This document shows, one piece after another, positions 14,295 through 26,381 of a DNA stretch of 64,000 nucleotides. Where the stretch lies: NCBI GenBank assembly GCA_000182565.2, contig KQ257459.1. One strand, 5' to 3'. The position numbers were made by a program, and so were the translations under genes. Numbering within the stretch: the stretch's first letter is position 1; each line of letters opens with the position of its first letter. This DNA is from Spizellomyces punctatus DAOM BR117. Its lineage: Eukaryota. Below the pieces are notes generated by a model that made no database searches, was not told where the DNA came from, and saw only the letters and a program-made list of their open reading frames with translations.

Positions 14295-14954
14295 TGAGCG
14301 TAAACCGCAGGGTTTTTTTTTATTCAAGTAAGATGTTTTCTAGTGTGACTAGTTTTTTTAGGCAAGAAGAATGTAATGTTAGAAGTAAGCTCTTTTTTTT
14401 TGTATTTTGCATAGAGGTTTTTTGTTGTATGTAGAGATTTTGGGTGCTTTATTAATTGAAAGCCAATGGAGCAAGACTTTTTTGTTTACAAGATTGTAAA
14501 CGTTGGACGATGGATTTATTGGGTCAAGGTGTGGTGTGTCAACGCAGTGATAACAGCGATGTTACTCGTTGTTTGGACGTAGACCTTCCAATGCACTTGG
14601 TCACGTGTCTAGAAGGCGGCTTCTTGGGGAGGCTTTGCGATCGTCCCTATTGCATAGGGCAACATTCCTGCTTCTGAACCTCATACATTCTCCCACCTCA
14701 TACCCCTCCCATTTCATCCTTTCTTGTTTTCCATCCTTGTCGTGCTTCTTGTGTATTGTCCATTGTTTTGGCATATGGCACGCTAGATTATTACAGAACA
14801 AATAACTGCATATCACTCTACAACGAACCGACAGCTTTTGGATAGTGTGAGTCGCTTGCATATCCTGGGGTTGGAGCCTGTTCCCGTCTCTGAGTTAACT
14901 AACACGTACGTCTCTCCCAAAGACGCCTAGGAACGGCGCGATTTACTTTTTGGA

Positions 14955-17900
14955 ATGTTTGCTTTGAACGGGTTTCCAGAGGAAACACCGCCACAGCCTC
15001 CAATCTTGGACCACCAAGCGAGTTCCATTTCCATTGGAGGTTCAGCTCCCTTTTCCCAGCAACATTCCCAACCCCTACAGCAACAGCACTCGACATCTCT
15101 CTATCACCATGGGCTCGGCGCTGGAAATCATTTGCAACAGCCGCCGCAGCATCACCAGTACGATTCTTCCATGACGCAAGATGGACAATCTCCAGCATCA
15201 CTGGGCGGACTATCCGCCAACACATATTCCAGCATGGACTACGATTATAATGCGATGAATCATTACAATGTACATGGTCACCAGCAATCGGGAGGCTATG
15301 GTCATATGGATATGACTGGATACTCTTCGAGCATGCCCCAATCATCGCCTCCCACTATGGTGCAATCAAATGGATACTATTCGTCCCATCCTTTATACGA
15401 CGTAAGTAGCCACGGTTGAGAAAAGGGGAAGCTAGCCATTTAACTGTTTGTGAGAGCGGATCTGATGGTAAATTCTCGTTTGATACTATAGCAAGGGGAA
15501 CATCACACGATATATCAACAAGACACAGCAACTGGGCCCGACAATGCAGGAGCTCCTGGAGTTAGTCATGTCACACCACCAGTGCCTGTCCCACAAATGC
15601 ATCATCCACCATTAGTGAAAACGGTCAGCAGCGGCGCTGGGCCAACTTACATTCCCGACGGAACGTTGGACATATATGGTGGTGTATATCGCGTCGTGCC
15701 CGTGCGCACGCGTCTTTTTTCATCCTATCACTGGGCAATCGATGGGTTTTCACAGTCAGTAGATGAAAAGCTGGTATCACTGCCTTTTGGACCACCAAAC
15801 TGGAGATGGCAGTTGGTTGTGTATCCAAGAGGCGCGGGGGATGGTGCTGGTTCGCATATTAGCGCGTTTATCAGACCGCTGAAGAATGAGACGGAGCTCG
15901 CTGCAGGGGATATTTGGACTCGACCCATTACAGAGTTTTCTGTCCGAGTGCGAAGGTATGTGACCGCAGAGACTTGATGGAGAGTATACGGACTTTGTGT
16001 GACGGGTCCTCTTTGCATTTTGCTCCAGAGCGATTCCGGGGTCTCCCATTGTGGGTGTACCTGATCCAATTGAGAATTACATTACGACAGATACGTCAGC
16101 ACCTTCTTTCACCGGCTTCTCCGCGGCCATGTCCGGATGGGGCTTTCCTGAATTACTGGAACTGCAAAGTCTATCTGATGCCGTCACGTATGATGGCACG
16201 TTGAATCTGGAGGCGGATGTTATTGGCGAACAAGTATTGGATTGGGCTGTCTATCAGTACCAGTGGGACATTCCCAGTTTCCGGCAGCTGACCGAGGATG
16301 AGACACAGTCGCAAGCATTTGGTCCACCCGAGTGTCAGTGGCGGATCCAAATATTTAGACAAGGCAATAAGGAAGGACAAGGAACCCACTTTTCAGTATA
16401 CCTCATTCCCGAAAAGAGCGCACAAGAGTCTGCTCTCAAGTCTGCGTGGTCGCGTCCGATTGTTTCGCTTACAATAAAGGTTCATGCGGCAGGTGAAGCT
16501 TTGGTGACAAAGACCCTGACGGGCGGGTATATTTTTGATGCCGAGAACCCCGCATGTGGCTGGCCGCAGTTGGTGGAACTTTCGCAACTTAATGACTCGA
16601 TCGACTGGTACGGGACATTGTCCATTCAGACCGAAGTAACTTGGGAACTTTCATATGGTGGACCTGGTACAGATCTAGGTCGCGTCCGCAGTACACTAGC
16701 AGAAATTTCTGGAGAATTGGATGCCATCAAGGGGAGAGCGGAAGCATTGAGCGAGGAACTGGATCAAGCCCGTGCTGAAGTTGTCAATCTTCGCACGGAG
16801 CTAGCTGCATCCCATAGCGAGCTTTCCTCGACTCGAACCCAGCTGAATACAAGTCAATCCCAACTTGAAGACGTTGAGTCTAGATTACGAACGGTCGGCA
16901 ACATCGAAGCCCGCATGGCGGTCGTACAAAAGGAACTTGTAGATGCTCAGAAACGGGTAGAAGAAGCTGAGCGGATTGAGGAGCGCTTTGTCATGGTAAA
17001 GACGGAGCTTGCAGCCGCTCGAGATGCACAACAGATCTCGGATGAGTTGCGTGTCAAAATTGCGAAATTCAAAGCCAAAATTGCTGCACTACGCGCTGGG
17101 ATGGAAGATGAGGGTGTCCTTTCCGTCCCGCAGACATCTGGTGATGGCAAAGGCTGGAACGGGGAGGGCGAACAGGACGCACTCCGTACTGGTGAGGACG
17201 ATGCTGATACATTGCACCTGAAGTTGGTCCAAGTCAACGCAAAGGTGGCTGCACTTGAAGCCGACCTAGCCGAAGCACGTGCTGAAATCGATGCGAAAAC
17301 ACGGGCGTTAGCTGACGCTGCCATCAATGCACCTACCACTGAGGAAGAAGTATTCGATGAGGAAGGTAATGAGAATCCTTTGTTGGCAGCGATGGCTACT
17401 GTACGGAATGAAGTATTGGTTGTCAAGGGTGTGCTTCTTGAGGCTTCCGGGAGAGAGTTGGAGACCGACGCAGAGCGGGCTGGTTTGAGCGCTGAATTAG
17501 CCATGGTGCAAGCCGAGTTGGAGGTCACTCGTGCGGCACTGATTGATGCAGCAAGCAAATCGGAAGAATTGGAGAGCGATACGGAAACTGCGGCGGAACT
17601 GGCGCGAATACAAGCTGATCTCCAGGATGTCCGAACGCAGTTGATCACGCGGCGACTGGGGCTGGAAGATACGGCCGACCTAGCAAATGCAATTGTAACG
17701 TATCGAGCCGATACCGAAGATCGAGCAACCTCTCCATTGCGATCGCATGGCTTTTCTGGAGCCCCATCACCCCAGCATTCTGCTGCCGATTATGGATTGA
17801 CATCTATTTCTACCTTGGACTCTGAGGAGGCGGTTCCATTGCCCACTGGTATGCCTCCACCTCCCATCAATATGGGCCCCCCACTAAGCACTATGCAGAC

Positions 17901-19772
17901 TGGACCATCTACAACCGATGTCCGCGCCCTGCAAGAAAGGGCAGACATGCTCGAATCTATCCATCACCAGGCGCAGACGGACCTCAGTTACACTCAATCT
18001 GAACTCACTGCTGTACAGACTGAACTGTCTGACATTAAAGGACGTATGCAAGCTGCCCAAGAGATGCTAATTGGAGGGGCCAGCTCCAACACAGGGGTAG
18101 ACAATCAGGCGTTGTTTGAGCGGCTATTTAATAGGAGGATGTCAAATGCTTTGCCGCCCGGTGATGGCAATCTCGGTTTTCGCGACATTCCAGAGCCTTG
18201 GACACCGGTTGAAGGGGACGCTGCTGGAGTTAACAGCAAAGAGCTTGCGGTATGCGTTTCAATTTTGTGATTTCTTCGTGACATCACGAATCACCCCGAC
18301 TGATCAACCATATTTTCCAGGCCCTTCTTCAACAAGTCCAAGGCAAAAGTCGGATCCTACCCTCCCTGGCGACCCTCATGACGGCACTCTTAACAATGTG
18401 GTTCATAGTATATTCCACCATCTATGTCGTGTGCTCTCCATCACGACTTGACACACAACCAGCACCACCCTATGCCGACGTCTGTCGAACTACTGTGATG
18501 CCAGCTTGGGAGGCGGTCACGACGACTTGGCATGCCGCTGCTGAGCGGTTTGTGGGGGATGTGGCACCTGGGGTGTTTGATGCTGCGTATACGGTTGGTG
18601 TTTGGGGGTCAGATGTTGGTAAGGGGGTTGTGGGGGGGTTACGGAAGGGGGTTCGAAAGATAAAGAAGGGAACCAAAAGTGTTGAGAGTCGAGATTTGGG
18701 GAGTCGAACGGAAATGCAATCGACGGTAGCGACACCGCTCGTGCCTGTTGCTCAAGAGAGTAGGACGGTAACTCCGTCAACATCTTTGGTATCAGTCGTG
18801 GAGCAAGCTTCAGAGAACCGAACGGAGACGCTGTCAACAGTAGCGACACCGGTCGTGTCGGTTGTTCCAAAGAATAGGACGGGAGATCCATCAACATCTT
18901 CTGTAGCAGTTGTTGAGCAAAGTCAACCGGTTGTGCCGTCTCCTGAAACGACTTGGGAGTCAGTGCCGTTGTCGGAGCAGGGTTCCCCATCCTTCTCGAA
19001 ATCCCTTGTGGGCAGCTATACTCCTGAACAGGATATTGCGATGTCTGCCGGAGAAGCGAATATGACCATGGAACCCGTTGCTGAAAAGCTGACAGATTTA
19101 CCGGTGCCCGTTGCTGATATCGGGTTATCCAGTCCGGCGTCGGAACAGGTTATACACCCGATTGAGCCCGTTGCAGAACAATCCCCAGATGTTACAAGTC
19201 TGACGAGTCCAGTGCCTACCGAGAGCTCACCCCTGCCACCAGATACCCAGAATTCTTTACCACAAAAGACACCCACCATCCTGACACCGACGTCAGAAGT
19301 CGACGCCACGATTGCCGTTTCGGATGTATCCCATTCAGAGGAGACCAACCCGATCGACTCAGACCTATTTTTCGAGTCACCGGTCCCTGAACAGCCATTA
19401 GAGTCTGTTAATCAAAAGATCCCAATCTCAACTGACCCAGTAGTGGTACAAGCTGAAGAGACGACAGAGCCAATGGCAGTGACTCCTCTTGTTGAACCGT
19501 CCTGGACGGAGACTGAGCCTACCACTGCAGCCCTTGCAGTGGAAAATGAGACTGGGATGAGCCCCGCCGGTGAGAATACCATGTCCAAAAATGGCCGAGA
19601 ACCTGATGCGGAGATAACACCGACTGTTGGGGATGAGCGCGAAGGTGACAGTATTGGTGGCGAGACGTTGAGTAACAAAGAAGGTCGAGAGGTGCATGAT
19701 TCCGTGGATTGGGCTGAAAGCGGTGATAATGAACCGGCTGATACGAGGACGGTAACGCATGATGAATTATAA
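14955..19772 (+). CDS. Tandem MATH-domain, coiled-coil, single-TM protein ending in HDEL, 4 exons
   Basis: Introns 15402-15491, 15956-16028 and 18250-18320 join four ORFs in frame. Two MATH-like units (YHWAIDGFS...WQLVVYPRG...HISAFI...GWGF; YQWDIPSF...WRIQIFRQG...HFSVYL...CGW), heptad region, TM LMTALLTMWFIVYSTIYVV, C-terminal HDEL*. Confidence 0.8.
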
Positions 19773-21401
19773 CTGGACTAGAAAAGGTTTTTGTTTTGTG
19801 GCGTTTGGGGATGGATAACTTGCGAAATTGTGGTGAGCAAGTTCAAGGAGGGGGGAAAATGTACCTAGATGATATATTTTTTTGAAGAATTTTGGTTTTC
19901 CATTTATTTTTTTTTCTTTGTTGAAAAGTATCAAGGAATTTTGAGACGCAACGTCTCATAGCGCCGAGACAATCGAAGCTCATTCTTTGGTGGAAATAAA
20001 ATCTGTGTACGCAGCAACCGCAGCGAGGACCCTACCTGAAGCTGAGAGAATGGACACGGACTACTCCAGAAGAAATACTGGGTGGAGTGGGACGCCAAAC
20101 AGTTAAAGAAGCAACGAGCCATTTGATGCAAATCAATATGGGGAGTCTTCGCTGGATGTCAGAGCCACGTATGAAGCTTTACCAGACCAAGAAGGAAACT
20201 ATGACTTCCCGGTTCTTGCTCATGATGACCTGGATCCTTGTGCAATGACACTAAACAGCACCGAAATCTCTGTCAGCTTTGCAAATGAATACTGGGTTAT
20301 ATTTTTTGCTACTCTGTTCCCCATTCGCAAAGGTCCGTACTGGGGTTACTCTCATCAGTTGAGATGCCCAAGATATGGATTACACTGTTTTTAGCATCGT
20401 CTTGAAGCACTTGCCTGAGAAGGCCCAAGACGGCTACGTGCCTTTGCAGGACCAATAGCCAAATTGGCATGTCAACTGGGGTTGGGAATTATGCAGTGCT
20501 CATGAGCCTGGTTTGGTGCCAAGTACCATGGTCAAGATTCCAGTGGTGATTATTTTTGACTTGGGTTGCTAGTATACCAATAGCCAAAGACTCCCCTTTG
20601 AGAAAGATGGACGAAACGATTGCAAATTGTGTCCCGTTGAGCAATGTTCAAACGACAAGTACCGCACTAAGGCCTCAGAAGAAGATAAACGTGTTGAGCT
20701 CAAGAATAAGAGACTATTTGGGTATTTACAATCTCTGTGTGGCATATTTGAAGGTGATTTCAAAGTGCAAAAGGGCCAAGATAGTTTTTTGATATCCTGA
20801 GATTACCTCTTGTTTTGGACAAAGATGATATCTGCTTTGCTGATGATGTGGTTCTACCCCTTTTGGCCAAATTGACTGGGAATGCCAGTTCAAAAAAAAA
20901 TGCCGACATTGGAACATTTCACTGCTAGTGCTGTGAACCCTCTACAGTATGCAGCGTTCTGTTTACACCTACTTCATGCACAGCACCCAAAGTAGATACA
21001 CTCCGAAGGCGAGGCTTCTGAGCTGGGAGCTAGACGAGAAAAAGTATGCATATGTGCTGAAAATGGGCATTCCCTTTAATATAAGTTCCTCGTATGTAGT
21101 CGTGCCCTGTATCATACAATCCTGAGACTGCGGACCCTATCGGGGCAACTTCATGATAAGAAACCTTGGATGACCGTGAAAGGAATCCGTGCTTGTGGTC
21201 TCCTCAGGCTACAGCTGTTCCTCGTTTTCTATTGTGCGCTGTGGTCAATATGCCGTGGAAGAAGATCTGCATCGACCTTGTTTTAATTACTGTATGTTTC
21301 CGAATGAGTCGGCCATGTACATCTCTTATCAATAAAGCATCATTATATACAAAACGTCCGCTACTGGCAAATCCACATACCGTCGCAGATTACAAAGTCT
21401 A

Positions 21402-22580
21402 CTACGAGCTTACTTCCAGAACATTAAACTTTGTCGTCGAACTTTCCAGATATCCTGGAACTGCATACATATAACAGAGTGCTAAGCAATAGTAAACATG
21501 CACGCACACCTGCGCTGTCGCGAGGGCATACGTCGGTTGTGGGATGGCGACTAGGACGATTGCTGTGATCATGGCAAACGCCATCATACCGCCCAAGAGG
21601 AACATGATGTATAGGAATGTTGGGGCACGATGGGTGAGTGGAGAGGATCTTGACGGTTTTCCAACCTGCTTGTCCACAGCGGTTTCATCCGACCCGGGAA
21701 AAAAGTAGCAATTGAGTATCTCTTCTGTTCCGTCCGACTTTGCTGTCGTGGGCGTAATAGGGCTACCGCATGGTTGGTCATTGCTCTTTTTGTCATCTGG
21801 AAGTCGTACACAACTGGCTTCCGTTGCGAGGTTTCTTCTCACATTCACAACAGCGATGATGGAGCATACCGCAATGCACCAATCAACCAACAAACACCAC
21901 GCTGCAGGGAGACTGAACATGCCGTTGACAATTTTTGTCAATAGGGATGTTATGTAGCCATTGCTGGAAATGTATACCCATGCAGAGACGCCAAAGGAGG
22001 CTAAACAGATGAGAATGGTGGTCGGGTATAGAAATAGACGGAGCCGTTCGGGGAATACTATTGCGGGGCGGAAAATGGGGATTCGGGAGAGGTTTAGGAG
22101 TGTATGGGAGCAGGCCGCGCCGATAGGAAATGCACTGATGTTTTAGTTTTGATGGGTTAGCCGTGAAATGCTCAACTCTTTGACGATTAAAATAACCTAC
22201 ACGAAAACAACCGACCACCCAGGATCGACAATAAAGCACGCTCCTCGACGAAAGAAATCAATCACGTATCCGATTCCTGCAACGTCTGTCCCAAGAATGA
22301 AGAGCCTGATGAGGGGAATATCACTTTAGCTCCAGTGTGAGCAGATATTCATCAAGGCAAAAGTAATAGCATACCAGGAAACCACTACCGCGAGATTAAA
22401 CCTTGTTCGTCGCAATCGGTAACGATACACTGCGTACCCAAACGCTATGCAGCTACATACGGCGGTAAGCCCCAAACAAATTAGGATGGGCGTTTCCGCT
22501 TGGATTGGGACAGGTGGCAAGGGACTATTCAGACAGAGTGGATTGGGCTCGGATGTGGTATTGGATGCGCTGTTGCCCAT
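21402..22580 (-). CDS. Multi-pass membrane protein (possibly 7TM receptor-like), multi-exon
   Basis: ORFs 22326-22580 and 21402-21941 and the fragments between them encode successive hydrophobic helices. Exact splice junctions not resolved. Confidence 0.55.
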
Positions 22581-23437
22581 TTTTGCACCTTGGTGCCTGT
22601 TTACCAGAAGAACGTCTCACACTGGACGCGAGACGGCGTAGGAATATTCGCAAGTGAGAAACAAGGATATTAGTCGATGCCCATGATCATGGTTGAGGTT
22701 ATTTATCGGGGCGCCAGGTCCGCCAGGTCCGCCTCTATTTATAGCTAAGAACTTGGAGCTTGGTGCTCAAGGGTCATTCCAGGGTACTAATAGAAAGTTC
22801 TGTGCTTCATGAACGGTTGAGGTAATTTTATTCTAATTATTCCTCCGGTTAATCGGCCTCAGTGTTTATTCTTCTGGCATCACAATAGCATTTAATATTG
22901 AATAGATGATGGATTATTCTGACAAGCAAAGTATGTATTGCATAAGTTACTTTTTGCTTTCCTGTCATTTGCGCTTATTCCAACCAACAGTGGACGGACC
23001 TAAGATCCACAATAGCATTTGACGGTGCAGGACATGAAAATCACGCACAGGTAAAGAAGAAAGAGATTTGAGATAAAGCGCCCAACAATGAATCTAAATA
23101 AAATGACAACGGAAGCTGGCTAAAAATGGGGGAGGGCAGATACAGGCATGCAATGAACAAATGGTTGGCAGGACGGCAGCGCAAATGTCCCAACCTTAAC
23201 GACGTCACAAATAAATGGAACAAAGTTGCATAACGCTCTCTTGCCAGAATATTGTAGTCGACTTTTGCGAATTGGGAGGAATATCGGCCAGAGGGGCTAT
23301 ACCATACGATCTCACCCTAAAAAAAGCCTACATACTAGACGTTTGTGCATCTACCCAGGATCGAACTCTCCACAGGCGTGACGTAACCGCACTGAATGTT
23401 CAGCTCTTCGCAGACCTCAACTTTTGACCTTTCGGCC

Positions 23438-24964
23438 ATGGGCAATCAAACGAGCAAAGATCCCAAGACGGCCCTTTCTGGCTTGACCGATACCGAACGC
23501 AACGCCCTTACATCTCTCTTCGAATCAGCCCACGATGCCAAGTCACAGTCCGTCACTCCTGCATCCGTCACTCCTGCATCCCTCGCTTCACACCTTTCCC
23601 CGATTCTCCCAGCGACACTTCGACAAGCAATTGCATCCCTCGCTAGCCGGTTGTCTGACGGAAAGGGCAAGACAGTCTCGTTCAGCGGATTAGCTGCGAC
23701 TGTGAGAATTATTGTTTTTGGAAGCGTGTTGGAGAAACAGCGTCTCGTTGACGTTTATGCTACCTTGGTAGAGCCGGCTGGGACTAGGGAGTTTGTGAAG
23801 GATTTGGCTGCGGGTGTGGGAATTGGCGTAAATAACAAGAAAGCCCATGTGCCGACTGATCGATTTGTTGATTTTCTACTTGAAAAATGCTGCCCTTCTA
23901 CGAATGTGACAGAGGATGTATTTAGTTCATCAAGTAATAAGTCACCTCTGGTTATCCCACCTCTCTCCGAGTTTTGCACCTGGTTCCCGCGCAACGCATA
24001 CCTCCAAGTCCTGTGGGATGCCCTCTTTACTTCCGCATTCTTTGGCGCCGACTCTTCCACCTCTACCCTCCAGATCCCGACATTGACGGCGCCATCAACT
24101 CTGCTCACAGTTGAAGATTTGTTTATTTTGCATTCAAACATGGCTTCAGAATTCAAGGAAAGCAGGGAATGGGTACAGAGATTTGCTAGCGATAAGCATG
24201 GAAAGAGCTGGACGGTATTTATGAATAGTGTTGAGGATTGCGGAGCGGTCTTGGTTGCCGTTCGGGACAAAGATGGTATACTTCAGCGCATTCAACCTTG
24301 GAATCGCACTACTAGGATGCTCATGGTCAATTGATAGGACACATATTTGGCGGCTTTGCGTCCAAAGACTTTAAATTGAACCCAAAGTTTTACGGCGACA
24401 ATACCAGCTTTGTGTTCTTTCTGCGCCCAAAGATAGGGGTCTTCCTGCCCACTGGATACAACGACCACTACCAATATTTTAATTCGGGGACGCAGACATT
24501 ACCAAATGGAATGGGATTTGGGGGACAGGTATCTATTGTGTGCCTGCGTTGTCAGCAATGGAACAATCGATAACATAAGCTTCGTATCGCAGCTCAATTA
24601 TTTTGGCCTGTGGATTGACGCATCTTTCGAATCCGGTCACTCAAAAGCGGAGCCCAAGTCAACCACCTATGACAATCCCCGTCTGAGTAAACAGGAGGAG
24701 TTTACAATAGATTTTGGTACGTCCAACTATCACCTCAGTTACCTGGTCCAGGTTTTGATCAACCCTTTTTTGACAGTGGAAGCTTGGTTAATCAAGCCTA
24801 AAGAAGTGGATGAGAGATTAGTGACTAAAAAGGGCAAAAAGAGCGTACTGGACGACGACAGTGCTGCAGCTATGCTGGAGATGGGCGGGAGGCGACTATA
24901 TTCAAAAGAGATTGGGAGAGACGAAACGAAAGAGGAAGATGAAGAGGAAAGTAACGATAGCTAA
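23438..24964 (+). CDS. TLDc-domain protein (MEAK7/TLDC1/Rtc5-like), multi-exon
   Basis: Myristoylation-like start MGNQTS; FASDKHGKSW, GHIFGGFAS, FYGDNTSFVF, NGMGFGGQ, FGLWID and STTYDNPRLS across GT-AG introns. Confidence 0.88.
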
Positions 24965-25126
24965 ATTTTACCATTGCTTTTCTATCATGTACATAGAGTG
25001 CCAATTGAACACAGGTCGTTCATCTATGATCTGTGTACTGTACCGCGACGGTACAAAAGTCCATCCCTGGGAGTAACGTCAGGTTCTTGAACGATACTGA
25101 CTCCATGGAAAGCAGGAATTTTAAAA

Positions 25127-26381
25127 TCATCCTCCATCGGCTCTTCTTCTCACAATTTCCACACTCAAAAAATCCCTTGCGCAAATGACATCCTCGTTCA
25201 TAAACGTTCCAACAGCCAAAGCTCGTATCTCTTCCATAATCTGCAAACTCTCTTCAGAAAGGTCCCCCTTGTAACGACTCGAGAAATGGTTCAGAACCAA
25301 TTTCCGAGCCCCAACCAGACGCGCAAAAGCACCGGCCATCTCAGGGGTGGAATGGCCGTGGGATATCGTGGATTCTTGGACTGAGGAGGGAGTTTGTCCG
25401 CTTGCGAGGTCAGCCTTGAGGCAGGCGTTGGTGGCTTCGTGTATAAGGAGATCAGAATCTATTGCAAGATGAATAATCGGAGACGGGTCGTTTGTGTCGC
25501 CCAGAATGGTTATTTTGCGACCGGGAGTGGGAGGTGTGAGGTGCTCTTTCAGAAGGAGGTTTGTCCCGTCTGGTAGGGTTAAAGATTGTTGAGACATGAG
25601 CTTGCCGATTAGGATGGACGGGTTTTTAATTCCTTGCTCTGCTAACGCCTTTCGGTTGCGCTCAAGATGGGGTTGCAGGGTGCTAATGTTAATGTTTCCA
25701 GGGTGTGGAGGCTCTTGGATAACGTAGCCGATGCACGGTACGGTGTGTGCAATCGGCGCGGCCGTTACGGTCATATCAGTTTCGGGATCATGGAGAACGG
25801 ACCAGTGGCTCTCGTTGGGATGCGCTGCGTTGCTACCAGAAGTTAGTTGTATATCCCGTCCTGCAATCTCATCATTGTGCAAAGTTTCGCTGGGAGGAGT
25901 GGATTGGTCGTCCGGAAAGTGAAGCTCGTGTACTGTATACCTGCATTAAAATGGTGGTGTCGGCAATTCAGATGTGAGAGAGCGAAAGGGTTATCCCGAT
26001 GACATACCTGCATCCCAATCTAGAATAGGTAGACTTTAAAGCATTCCTTATATACTCTCTTGTCCCCTTTGGCCCAAAAATCTCGAATTTCATGTCCTTG
26101 TCTTCACCAGGACACCACCCCCCAGCAGCCTGGGAAAGAGTGCACAACAGACCCGGAATACCAAAGCAATGGTCTCCATGCAGGTGTGTTACGAAAATCT
26201 TTTCCACTTTTCCTGCTTTTAGATCGGATTGGATGATTTGGTGCTGTGTTCCTTCGCCTGCATCAAATAGCCAGATACGCCCGTCGAATCGCAGTGCGAG
26301 GCTCGAGTGGTTTCGGGTTGGACTTGGCTGGGCGCTAGCTGTGCCGAGAAACACTATATCAATGTTTCCAATTGTTGGCAT
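25127..26381 (-). CDS. Short-form ribonuclease Z (tRNase ZS / ELAC1-like), 2 coding exons
   Basis: FLGTASAQPSPTRN, FDAGEGTQ, THLHGDH, GDT, HEAT, HST and NHFSSRY motifs in a single MBL domain; intron ~25941-26006. Confidence 0.92.

Noticed and set aside
20150-21100. Possible decayed gene on the + strand
   Set aside because: Only short interrupted frames with no recognisable motif.
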